Assembly: GCA_951406725.2 (NCBI GenBank)
Contig: OX597821.1
Location: forward strand, 83,080,001 to 83,144,000
Length of the DNA stretch: 64,000 nt
Direction of reading: 5' to 3'
Origin: Octopus vulgaris
Lineage: Eukaryota
Shown here in pieces: positions 43,031 through 54,344 of the stretch. The position numbers and the translations under genes are program-made. How positions within the stretch are numbered: the first letter of the stretch is position 1; every line of letters begins with the position of its first letter. Under the pieces are notes generated by a model. It saw only the letters and a list, made by a program, of their open reading frames with translations. It ran no database searches and was not told the DNA's origin.

Positions 43031-43795
43031 AAACTGGCCAGTGTTTCGTTTGTTTTGCAGATAAATTATAACTTTTAGAGAGTTAGGTGTCAATAAGCTG
43101 ATTGCCTTCAATGCATTACATAAAGTTGAGGTCTTCAATGGTGCTCTCCCTCCCCAACTAAATTTGGAACTTTCTGACAAACCTAGCAGAACTGTGTATC
43201 TTACTTCATGATCAACGCTATGTACTAGGCAACCTAGATGATCAACCAGGACTCTAAAATAAACTAAAGTAATTCTAAACAGCATAGACAAAATTTATTG
43301 GTCCAACTAAAAACATGAATAATAATAACGAGAGCAAATGAGGCTGTGCTAAGCATTTTGTCCGGCGTGCTAACGATTCTAACAGCTCGTCGCCTTACGG
43401 AAAATCAAATAGTAATTAAGAAAGCAGATGAGGTTGTTCCCAGAACAGAAGATGTAGGGCAGGGTTGAGATGGAACGAAAGAGATGCGAGATGTCTTGTT
43501 GATGTTATGCCTTTGGAATATGACTTGGGGTGAAACAGTTCGAATTTTACCTGATAGCAGATTTTCTCGGTGATACGTATGATAATAAAACCATCGCTTT
43601 CTTGATCGAAAGTTCATTATAATTTTCATTTTCATTTTCAAAGTGATGTAATAAAGGTAAAAAGAGTGATGGTGGGAGGAAGTTGTAGAAAAAGAAAAAA
43701 AAAAAGTCAAGCATGGTTGTGTGGTTTCAGGTTCAGTGTCACAGACCAATTCCTTGTGAGTGAATTTAGTAGACAGACTGTAAGGAAACCCGTCG

Positions 43796-43844
<49 letters not shown>

Positions 43845-43854
43845 AATAGGATAA

Positions 43855-44281
43855 TTTTTTTTTTTTCGGCGTATCTGGCATTAGAATTTTTCTTTTGCCC
43901 TTATCTTATAAATTATGTATAAATACCTTTAAAGGCATTTTTTTATATGCTGGCCATTGATAAAAAATTTTTCTGGAAAAAAGGTTTATCCTATATCAAT
44001 TATAAATAGATTAGTGTTCACATCCGGATTCTATCACTCTGTGAAAGTTTCTAGTTCGAATCACACGTGTCTCAAGGTGCGCCGAAGATTTTTCTATTTT
44101 GGATATATTTGGGGTACTTAAGTCTGCTCGGGACTTAGTGCTTGCTTGTTCCATAACGAATTTCTTAGAGATTTCTATCGGTTTGTTTCGAGACGCATAA
44201 ATTTAATGGTTATCGACAATTTTTTTGTTTTCGGCGTATCTGGCATTAGAATTTTTCTTTTGCCCTTATCTTATAAATTAT
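43855..44281. mobile_element. ~430-bp element with identical ~54-bp direct terminal repeats inside (TCTA)n
   Basis: tttcggcgtatctggcattagaatttttcttttgcccttatcttataaattat near both ends (~43863 and ~44228). Confidence 0.8.
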
Positions 44282-44319
44282 CTATCTATCTATCTATCTA
44301 TTTATAATGAGCGTATGTA

Positions 44320-44480
44320 TGTGTGAGGGGAGCGAACCTAAGGGGTTGCTGAGGGGCACGTTACTCCCTCAAGAAAAGAAGTACGTCCTTCTAAATAATG
44401 TTATTACGCCCTTTTCTCCTGGAATTCTATGCCCTTCTGACCTCGTGCCCTCCCTTCGAAAATTCCTGGGACCGCGCCTG
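44320..44480. mobile_element. hAT-like MITE fragment
   Basis: Ends aaaattcctgggaccgcgcctg, like the cctggatccgcc.ctg termini of small hAT elements. Confidence 0.45.
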
Positions 44481-45559
44481 GGTAGGGGTGAGGTCTGTCT
44501 CTCACTTGTCAACCAGTGTTGGATTGTTTGTATCCCCATAACTTAGCGGTTCGGCAAACATGATTGATAGAATGATTGATAGATCTTAAAATGAATATAA
44601 AGTACCGGACTCGTTCGTTTAAACTCTCCATGACTGTGCCCCAGCATGGCTGCAATCCAATGACTGAAACAAGTAAAAGATAAAAGTTAAGGGAACGCAT
44701 ACAGTAGGACTGGACGCATACGGTCGGACGCTGAGGGCCCTAGTGCTGGCCCAGCTTACCATATTTCTTCCAAGTTGTATACCCACGTTCACATGTCACA
44801 AAATCAGTTTTCAGAGGAAATTAAATTGCACAGAATTTTTTTAAAAAACCGCAGGGAAATAGATTTGCTTGACAAAATCGTATCATTCAGTTACTTTGTT
44901 GATAAATGACCAGATTTATGAGAATAAAAAAAAAATTTTAATTATCCGCATCCAAATATTCATTAAACGTCTACGTATTTTCCTTTTCTTAGAAAAGTTT
45001 GGTCCAAATATATCTTTATAAATTAATGATAATAGTGCTAAATCATAGGCACAGACATGTATGCATGTATGTATGTATGTATGTATGTATGTATGTATGT
45101 ATGTATGTATGTATGTATGCATGCATGCATGCATGTATGTATGTATCTATGTATGTATGCATGTATGTATGTATGTATGCATGTATGTATGTATGTATGT
45201 ATGTATGTATGTATGTATGTATGTATGCATGCATGTATGTATGTATGTATGTATGTATGTATGCATGCATGCATGTATGTATGTATATATGTATGCATGT
45301 ATGTATTTCTATACACATACATACAGTACTTTTCTTGCACATATGTATAAATATGTACTTGCATACAGATCCATACAATGTGTGTATGCATGTATAGATG
45401 TTTGTGTGCGTGTGTACACTCACGATGCATGTAGTAATAGATATGAATATCTACAAGTAAAAATATACACGCATGCGTTCATGCATGCATAGATAAACAT
45501 ATACATAGATGTATACACATATACATGTATGCATACGTACGTACACACATACGTAGAAA

Positions 45560-45945
45560 CAAGCAAACGTATATATGCATGCATTCATAGATGCATGCAT
45601 ACGCTCACTTACATAGATAGATATATATACAAGCATACATACACCCGTAAACATACATATAAATGCATGCATACATGCACACATACATTCGTATATACAA
45701 ACAAACTTATATATGCATGCATACATAGATGCATACATACACTCATATACATATATACATTTATGTATACAAGCATGCATACACCTGTAGACACACATAT
45801 ACATACATACATATACACGAACAAACCTAGATATACATACATACATAGCTGCATACATACGCTCATATACATATATACATTCATATATACAACCATACAT
45901 ACATCCATAGACACACATATACATGCATACATACACACATGCATA
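45560..45945. repeat. Higher-order ~120-bp minisatellite (3 units) built from decayed TACA/TGCA repeats
   Basis: caaac.ta.ata..cat.cat.catag.tgca..catac.ctca recurs at ~45564, 45702 and 45822. Confidence 0.8.
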
Positions 45946-46005
45946 AGCATACATACATATATATATATATACAAACAAGCAAGCAAAAGTAAAAACAAAG
46001 AGAGC

Positions 46006-46049
<44 letters not shown>

Positions 46050-46051
<2 letters not shown>

Positions 46052-46285
46052 GAGAAAGAAAGAACGAAAGTAAGAAAGAAAGAAACAAACAAACAAAGCA
46101 GGAAAGAAAGAAGGAAGGAAAGAAAGAAAGAAGGGAAGCAAAAAAGAAAGAACGAACGATAGAAAGAAAGCAAGAAAGAAAGAAGGACAGAAAGAAAGAA
46201 TGAAAGAAGGAAAGGAAGAAAGCAGGAAAAAAAGAAAGAAGGAAGGAAAGAAAGTAAGTAAAAAAGAAAGAAAGAAAGAAAGCAA

Positions 46286-46319
<34 letters not shown>

Positions 46320-46384
46320 AAAGAAAGAAAGAAGGAAAGGAAGAAAGCAGGAAAAAAAGAAAGAAGGAAGGAAAGAAAGTAAGT

Positions 46385-46444
<60 letters not shown>

Positions 46445-46515
46445 ACGAAAGAAAGAAAGAAAAGAAAGAAAGTGAGAAAGAAAGAGAGAGAGAGAGAGAG
46501 AAAGGGAAAAGAAAG
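46050..46515. repeat. Polypurine (GAAA)/(GGAA) tract
   Basis: Direct reading. Confidence 0.95.
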
Positions 46516-46904
46516 AAATTGATTGGTGGGGAAAAGGAAAGCGGGTAAGGAAGGATATGTGAAGAAAAACAGCCGACAACAGCTTGGTTGGTCGTCTGCT
46601 GAAGTAATCAGTGTGAAACAAGGTTGAACACCTGTTGTGTTTCTGCACCCTGAAACCTTTGCAGGCTGATAAAACAGTTCATTATTGTACTCAAGTAATG
46701 CTCGCCTCGGGTGCTGGAGGGCCGGGGTACATGCGTGTTTGTGTACGTGTATGTGTACCTACGTGTGCATGTGCAAAGGGTTTAGGGTGGGTCTCCAGGC
46801 TAAACTGCAAACGAAACACGCAAGCCCGTACACACGGGTACTTCCGAATACGCATGCGCGCACACACACACACACAGCCTTATCTTTTACGTGCCTATGA
46901 CAGT

Positions 46905-46908
46905 GCAG

Positions 46909-46953
<45 letters not shown>

Positions 46954-47647
46954 CGACGATGATGGTAGTAGTGGTGGCGGCGGCGGCGGCGTAGATCGTA
47001 GATATCGTTCCTGTCTGTGGCGGTTTGTGGTGCGATTTGGTGGTGGAGATGTTGACGGTGGAGGTTGTGGAGGAGAGTGATAACTGCGGTGGCGGCGGGG
47101 AGGTTGTTGTTTGCTGTGAATGGTTAGCGAGGACGGCAGCAGTAGTTTTGTTTGTGGTGGTGGTGGTGGTGGCTGTGGTGGTGTTTATGGCGGTGGTTTC
47201 AATGAAACGTAGTAAAAGGTGTCAGCTGAGCCAAATAAACCTCATTCCCACACATCGAACTCTCTGCTTCTTTCTGTCTGTCTCTGTTTCCCTTTCTCTC
47301 TTCCTTTCTCTCTCCCCCTCTCCTCACCCACTCATATCTCTTAGGAAGCAGCGACAATAAGTAATGTTAAAAATAACACCAACAGTATTAGTACTTGTAA
47401 CAATAATTGTTGTTGTTGTTGTTATTGTTGTCGTCGTCGTTTTGTTGTTGTTGATGTTGTTGTTGTTGCTATTGTTGCTGTTTGTTATTCAATAATAAAC
47501 AAGGAATAAAAAATTATATAGGACAGAAAACATGTCTTGTTTAGATTGGTAAAGGTGGGTTGAGAAATGAGATGTCGAGAAATGTTTTGCAGTCATTGTC
47601 ATCGTAGCAGTGGCGGCGGCAGCAGCAGCAGCAGCAGTAGCAGCAAC

Positions 47648-47681
<34 letters not shown>

Positions 47682-47832
47682 ATGGTGGTTGCGGTGGTTG
47701 TAGTGGTGGGTGTGGGGGGCCCGGTTGTTGTGGTGGCGGGGCGGAGATGGTGATGATGTTGGTGGTGTTGGTGGTGGTGTTTTGATGGTTATCAAACGTT
47801 AAGGTTAGTGATCCCGCTGTCACCGCTGCAGC

Positions 47833-47866
<34 letters not shown>

Positions 47867-48004
47867 CTACGGTTGTTTGGTTTATTGCTTCCGGCCATTT
47901 GACTTTGGTCACGCTGGACCGGGGACACATTTTTGCTTTTCTTTGCTTTGGATGATTCTCGATGACGACGACATGGATGATGATGACGATGATGATGATG
48001 GTGG

Positions 48005-48041
<37 letters not shown>

Positions 48042-48945
48042 AGTGATGATGATGATGATGGTGATGATGATGGGGATGATGGTGGTGGTGATGTTGATGT
48101 TGATGACGACGACGATGGAGGTAGAGGTGGCAGAAGAAAACGATGACGATGCTAACCAGGTTGATGATGATGATTGTGGGTGAAGATCATGACGATAGTA
48201 ATGGTGATGATGATGATGTCTTTGGCATTACTGCTGTTGTTGTTGTTGTCGTTAATGTTGTTGCTGCTGCTGCTGCTGCTAAGAAGGTGAATGATATTAT
48301 TCTGTCGTTGATGATGGTGGTTGTAGAGGTGGCGGGGGTGGAAGCGGTAGTGCTGACAACGCTAAATAGTATTGTTACTGATGTTGTTGCTTCTGTGGTT
48401 GTGTTGTTGTTGCTGTTGCTATAGTTGTCGTCGTCGTCGTCGTTGTTGTTGTTGCTGCTGCTGCTGTTGTTGCTCTTGTGGTGGTAGCTCTTGTTGTTGT
48501 TGTTGTTGTTGTTGTTGTTCTTCTTCTTCTTCTTCTTCTTCTTTTTTCTTCTTCTTCCTCATCTTCTTCTTCTTCTTCTTCTTCTTCTTCTTCTTCTTTT
48601 TCTTCTTCTTCTTCTTCCTCATCTTCTTCATCTTCTTCTTCTTCTTCTTCTTCTTCTTCTCCTCCTCCTCCTTCTTCTTCTTCTTATTATTATTCTCCTC
48701 CTCCTCCTCCTCCTTCTTCTTCTTCTTCTTCTTCTTCTTCTTCTTCTTCTTCTTCTTCTTCTTCTTCTGCTTCTTGCAGTAGTCCTGAAGGGCGGCGCTG
48801 GTAGTTGTGGGTAGTGGTGATATAAAATGGCAGTCCTGGTCGTGACGGTGCACATGTTGTTGTTTTGATACCAGACGGGGTGATGCTATTAGTAATAACT
48901 TAGGTCAGATGCTACTGCTGCTGCTGCTGCTGTTGTTGTTGTTTA
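46905..48945. repeat. Mosaic trinucleotide low-complexity region (GAT, GGT, GTT, GCT, GTA, CTT, CCT)
   Basis: Direct reading. Confidence 0.93.
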
Positions 48946-49228
48946 TAACTTTGATGTAAATAAGTTCCCCATTCACAAACAGACATCACTCGCACACCGC
49001 ACCCCATTTACCACAAGCTGCTGCACATCCATTTGCACTATACACGCATTAATGCTAACTCCAAGCATGCACATGTCACACTGCAGCTGCACACTCTTTT
49101 ACAGATGTTCTAGAAACATCCAAAAACTGCAATGCACAGGTGTCAAATGCAACACCACGTGTGCACACTGTACAGCCTCAGTATTACACTGCAGATGCAC
49201 ATTGTGCAGGTGTTGATGCAACACGTAT

Positions 49229-50670
49229 TGTGACGAGAGTCATTGACACCCTTGGGGGATTGGCAGAATGGACTGGCCGAACTCTTATAAACGGTAGCGT
49301 ATTGGTTGCGACAGCGGCCGGTAGAGGTCGTAAGGGTTGGCGTGTTAGGTCCGCGTTGAACTAGCACCGAACATGTAAGTTGCCGTAATGGTAGTTGTTC
49401 GAATTGCTGGGTGTTGGCCCCGTCGTTAGAATGTGGTAGGGGTTCGATTCCCCTGCTCACAATAAGTCGGATACAGCTGTGCAGTGTTAATCAGCTAGAG
49501 CTGTCCTCTAAGGGTTAAAAAATCGCACTAAAGTCCGTTCGAGCGAAAAACAAGAGTGATAACAAGAGTGCTTAGTACAACAAAAATCAAAAGTGCTGTG
49601 TGCAACGAACAATACTACCTAAGAGTCGGGCAACAACTGGGATGTAAAAGTGGCGACGAGATATTCGAAACTTGCGTCGAACGTTAATTTCTTCTTTTTT
49701 TTTTTTGTACGGAATCAAAGACAAAAATCATTAACATGGAAGACTTATTAGCTTGAGTGGTGCAGTTGCAACAGCAACAATAACAGCAACAACAACAGTT
49801 ACAACAACAACTACAACAGCAACGACAACAATACCAACAGTTACTGGAAGTAATGTCGAAGGAGTCTGAAAATACTTCTCAAGTTCGTTCTCGTCAGAGG
49901 GCGTAGCAAACTCAATTGGAGAATTTATTTATAACTCAGAAGAAGGTACTACTTTTTCTGCATATTTTAGAAGATACGAAGAAATCTTCAAAGAAGATTG
50001 TTACAATTGGAATGACGAGAAGTGGCGACTACTTTTATCCCCTGCCGAACACAAAAAATACTGTAATTATAATCTGCCGAAGAAACCAGGTGAGATTTGT
50101 TTCGATGAAACAATTAATTCATTATCGATAATTGTTGGTAGTGTTTGAATTTAGTTAAAAAAGATGAAGATTTCATCACCTATGCTGGGGTCGTTAACAG
50201 AGAATGTGAAAATTACATGAATTAACCCCGGATTTGTTCAAACATCTAGTTTTCATTCAAGGGTTAACTGCAGGAAAAGATGCCGATATATGATCCCGTA
50301 TATTAACAAATTTAGAACAGGACCAAAAATTAACTCTACAGGCAGTGGCTGAAGAATGCTAGAGGATTATAAATTTAAAACATGATGCGGATAAAACTGA
50401 AGAAAAAGATTGCTCTCGGATATATGCATGTCGACCTGAAACGGATAAGAAAAAAGAAAAACGAAGGTCAAGACCGAATCCATGCTATGGATGTGGAGGT
50501 TTACATTTTAGAAGTAATTGTCTTTTTTAAAAAAATCACTCACAAAAACAAAAAAGGGGGATGTCAAGCAAAAAAAAGAATGTATTGTTAACAAAAATTC
50601 TGAGTGAGGTTCAGAAAAGAAATTTTGTGTCCATAAAAATGAATAATGTGAATATCAAGTTACAATTGCG
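49229..50670 (+). mobile_element. Ty3/Gypsy LTR retrotransposon 5' fragment: putative LTR (~49229-49650), PBS, decayed gag and start of protease
   Basis: PBS-like tggcgacgag at 49651-60; Q-rich start, SIGEFIYNSEEGTTFSAYFRRYEEIF, DFITYAGVVNRECE, LFKHLVFIQGL, zinc knuckle CYGCGGLHFRSNC, then RNFVSIKMNNVNIKLQL. Confidence 0.88.
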
Positions 50671-50672
50671 TA

Positions 50673-51003
50673 AGCTGCGATTTATTGGCGTAAGAGAATA
50701 TACTCTCATCAGTGACCCTGGTGTTAAAACATATTTAAAGTTTTTTCGTGGTATGAAACGTTGGAACATACCAGATGATGGTTCTTGCGCCGCTTTGTGT
50801 ATAGTCAAAGACAGCGATTTAGCTTGCATCAGGCCTCGTTTCAGGCACGCGGTATTGACAAATCACAAAAATAAAGAACAATCGATGTCTATCGCTTCTG
50901 AATGGGACCTGATGCGAGTTATCGCCCTTGCCTATGCCTTTCAGGTGTTTTAACCCCAGGCACATTGGTGAGAACATATTCTCTTACGGCTATAAGCACA
51001 GCC
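50673..51003. mobile_element. MITE with ~60-bp TIRs and TA flanks
   Basis: cgtaagagaatatactctcatcagtgaccctggtgttaaaaca / tgttttaaccccaggcacattggtgagaacatattctcttacg. Confidence 0.85.
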
Positions 51004-51102
51004 TACTTACGAACTAGCAAAACACATACCTTGTGCATGTGTGTTCGGTATTGCTTATATTCCTCGACTGCTTCTAATTCATATGTATATATATATGTAT
51101 AT

Positions 51103-51143
<41 letters not shown>

Positions 51144-51774
51144 CACACATATATATACATGTATATATATACATATACAAATATATATATACATATATGT
51201 GTGTGTGTATATGTATATACACGCACACGCACACACACACATATCATATATATATAAATATATATATCATATATATATTGCACAGATAATCCATTGCCAC
51301 TTTGGTCGAAAACTCAGAAATCCAGCGAACCTGTGACCGGACCCTGGTCCTCCCGTATCTAATAACGCTGCAATTTAGCATTGCCTTTATAAAATAAATA
51401 AATAAATAAATAAATGAACAACACAACTGAACGTTGTTCTGGTAGCAGCGCAGACACGTTTTGTGGAGGAGTTACCTTATAACCACAGGTACATTTTATT
51501 GCACAGATGTCACTGTAGACAACAGCTGCACATTGCACCAACTTTTAGTGCATTTCACCTCGTAGAGAATACCTGTATAAGGTAAACAAATGATTATAAA
51601 GAAAAGCGATAATATAGAATTAAAGTGACAAATAATGAAGTCGGTGAGATTCTTACAAAAGAAAGTTAAGAAGCCGAGGCACAATGGTTCATCACCACCA
51701 GTAAACGGACCAAAGAAATCTAAATATATTTAAAACTTGCCATGTTGATAGCTATATGGGCAGATTATGTATGT

Positions 51775-51994
51775 CAGTGGTCCTAATTCGGGTTCAGATG
51801 ACCATTGGGGGACCATATGAGATTTTGTTCTTAAAACTTAGGAGTGGCTGTGTGGTAAGTAGCTTACTTACGAATCACATGGTTCCGGGTTCAGTCCCAC
51901 TGCGTGGCACTTTGGGCAAGTGTCTTCTTCTGTAGCCTCGGACCGACCAGAGCCTTGTGAGTGGATTTGGTTGACAGAAACTGAAAGAAGCCCG

Positions 51995-52052
<58 letters not shown>

Positions 52053-52355
52053 GTGTGTGTATACGTTTGTGTGTCTATGTTTGTCCCCCCAACGTCGCTT
52101 GACAACCGATGCTGGTGTGTTTACGTCCCCGTAACCTAGCGGTTCGGGAAGAGAGACCGATAGAATAAGTACAAGGCTTACAAAGAATAAGTCCTGGGGT
52201 TGATTTGCTCGATTAAAGGCGGTGCTCCAGCATGGCCACAGTCAAATGACTGAAACAAGTAAAAGAGTAAAAGAGTACGATGAATCAGTTATATTTCTAC
52301 AATACAAAATATTTTAATTTTTTTAAATGCAGTTTCTAATAATATTTAATAATCA
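51775..52355 (+). mobile_element. hAT MITE (14856 family), 5' part, split by SINE B
   Basis: cagtggtcct...gattttgttcttaaaactta then gttatatttctacaata...taataatatttaat, matching 14856-15005. Confidence 0.72.
51840..52276 (+). mobile_element. SINE family B, young
   Basis: Complete body, internal (AT)n, (AAAAGAGT) tail. Confidence 0.95.
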
Positions 52356-52358
52356 TAT

Positions 52359-52449
<91 letters not shown>

Positions 52450-52486
52450 GAGTGATTATTCAAATGAATACTCGGAAAGATGTTAC

Positions 52487-52523
<37 letters not shown>

Positions 52524-52960
52524 GAGTGAGCGAGCAGAGCATGCCATCAAAGTGACACTGGGGTAAAGTATACGAAGCCCAGTATACCCATCATGACTAC
52601 CCGTCTGATAACGGTACACCAGGCACATGCATCACAACCATATGTGCGCGACATGGTGATCTCATATCAAGATAAACAGCACATGACATTGCAGGTGGAG
52701 CCCAGTTAGAATTTTCTTCAGATCGAGTAACCCATCCCGCTCAAAATGTCCCTGAATAAGGGTTGTTTAAGGACGTTGAACGAAACACCTATGTTTCCAG
52801 AGGTGAATTATTCAAACCCCAAAGAACCCTTCTCAACACATGGCTATGATGCTCCCCCACTACTTCTGCTCGTGATCAGAGATGCACATATCGTCAGCCA
52901 CTAAGGGGCATGCTCAACTGGTTAAGGTCAAACAACTGACAAGCAAATCTGTGGTATTGA
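52524..52960 (-). mobile_element. Non-coding retroposon embedded in (TAA)n
   Basis: Unique 437 bp with (TAT)n on both sides; homologous to 28730-29060; strand inferred from the tail. Confidence 0.7.
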
Positions 52961-52967
52961 ATTATTA

Positions 52968-53053
<86 letters not shown>

Positions 53054-53154
53054 ATTATTATTACTAGTAAATAGTTGATAATAGTAACAATAACATTAGT
53101 GGCAGCAAAAGTTTAATGGTATATATGTATATATATTTCTCTACTCTACTTTTG

Positions 53155-53880
53155 CTCGACCCCCACCTTGAATACTGTTGTCCACTGTGGCCCCGCCCCC
53201 CCACCCTATACGAAGCAACTCATTATGAAAGTAGAAGCACTCCAGAGGTCAATAACAAGAAAGATAGACTGCATGAGAGGCATTGGCTATTGGGGGTCGA
53301 CTAAAAATACTCAATCTCTACTCCCTCCAACACCGCCGGGAGCGCTACATCATTTGTGTGATGTGGAAAATATTCCATCAATATTGCACAAATGATATTG
53401 GCATCAATTTTAAAATCCACCCAAGACTTGGTCCCCGTGCTCTCCGCCCACTAGAAAAATCGAATTCGGTACACATAGCAACATTACGTCACAAATACTT
53501 TACCTCAACCGGTCGAGCTCTCTTTAATACCATACCAAAATACGTCAAAACAGAGATTAAAAAAATCCCGGATCAGCCTCCTACACTCGGGTATGTCTCT
53601 AACAATATCTATTTCTTTACTACCCACAAGGGGCTAAACAGAGAGAGGACAAACAAGGACAGACAAACGGATTAAGTCGATTATATCGACCCCAGTGCGT
53701 AACTGGTACTTAATTTATCGACCCCGAAAGGATGAAAGGCAAAGTCGACCTCGGCGGAATTTGAACTCAGAACGTAACGGCAGACGAAATACGCCTACGC
53801 ATTTCGCCCGGCGTGCTAATGATTCTGCCAGCTCGCCGCCGTAACAATATCACTTTGCTAGAGTGGGCCATGGTGCCCCA
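53155..53880 (+). pseudogene. CR1/L2-group LINE RT C-terminal relic, interrupted by SINE A
   Basis: PHLEYCCPLW...VEALQRSITRKI...YW.RLKILNLYSLQHRRERY...LFNTIPK...IPDQP. Confidence 0.9.
53610..53841 (-). mobile_element. SINE family A, young, 10-bp TSD
   Basis: TSD taacaatatc at 53600-09 and 53842-51. Confidence 0.96.
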
Positions 53881-54119
53881 TATAGAAAAACTGGAAAGAG
53901 AACGAAAGAAAATGGAAAGAGGAAAAAATGTGTAGGGATTATATGATGAGCTAATCGGAAGAAAGAGGCTGAGTGAAAGGGAGATGATAATGGTGACCCG
54001 GCTGAACTCGGTGTGCAAGCGCGTGTGTATATGTGAGTGAGAATGGTGTGTCTGTGTGTGTGTGCGTGCGTGTATGTATGTGTGTGTCTCTATATACACA
54101 CATACACATATAAATATGC

Positions 54120-54340
54120 GGGTGTCCTTGTCTTTGCGTTTGTTCCTCCCTTCCACCGCTTAACAGCCGGTGTTGGCTTGCTTACGTCCCCATAACTTAG
54201 CAGTTCAGTAAATGTAACCTAATAGAATAAGTACCAGGTAAAAACAAAAATAAGTACTGGAGTCGATTTGTTCGACTGATCACTTGTAGGCGGAGCCACG
54301 GTATGGCCGCAGACCAATGTGTGAAACAAATAAAACACAA
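54120..54340 (+). mobile_element. SINE family B 3' half
   Basis: ttacgtccccataacttagc...gtcgatttgttcgact...atggccgcag. Confidence 0.85.
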
Positions 54341-54344
54341 ATAT

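Larger units (their letters stand above)
43710..44690 (+). mobile_element. SINE family B split by two nested inserts
   Basis: Head 43710-43797, tail 44490-44690. Confidence 0.8.

Noticed and set aside
47808-48853. Poly-Asp / poly-Gln / poly-Lys ORFs resembling acidic or biomineral proteins
   Set aside because: Overlapping homopolymer ORFs in several frames and on both strands; mosaic trinucleotide repeats with no exon evidence.
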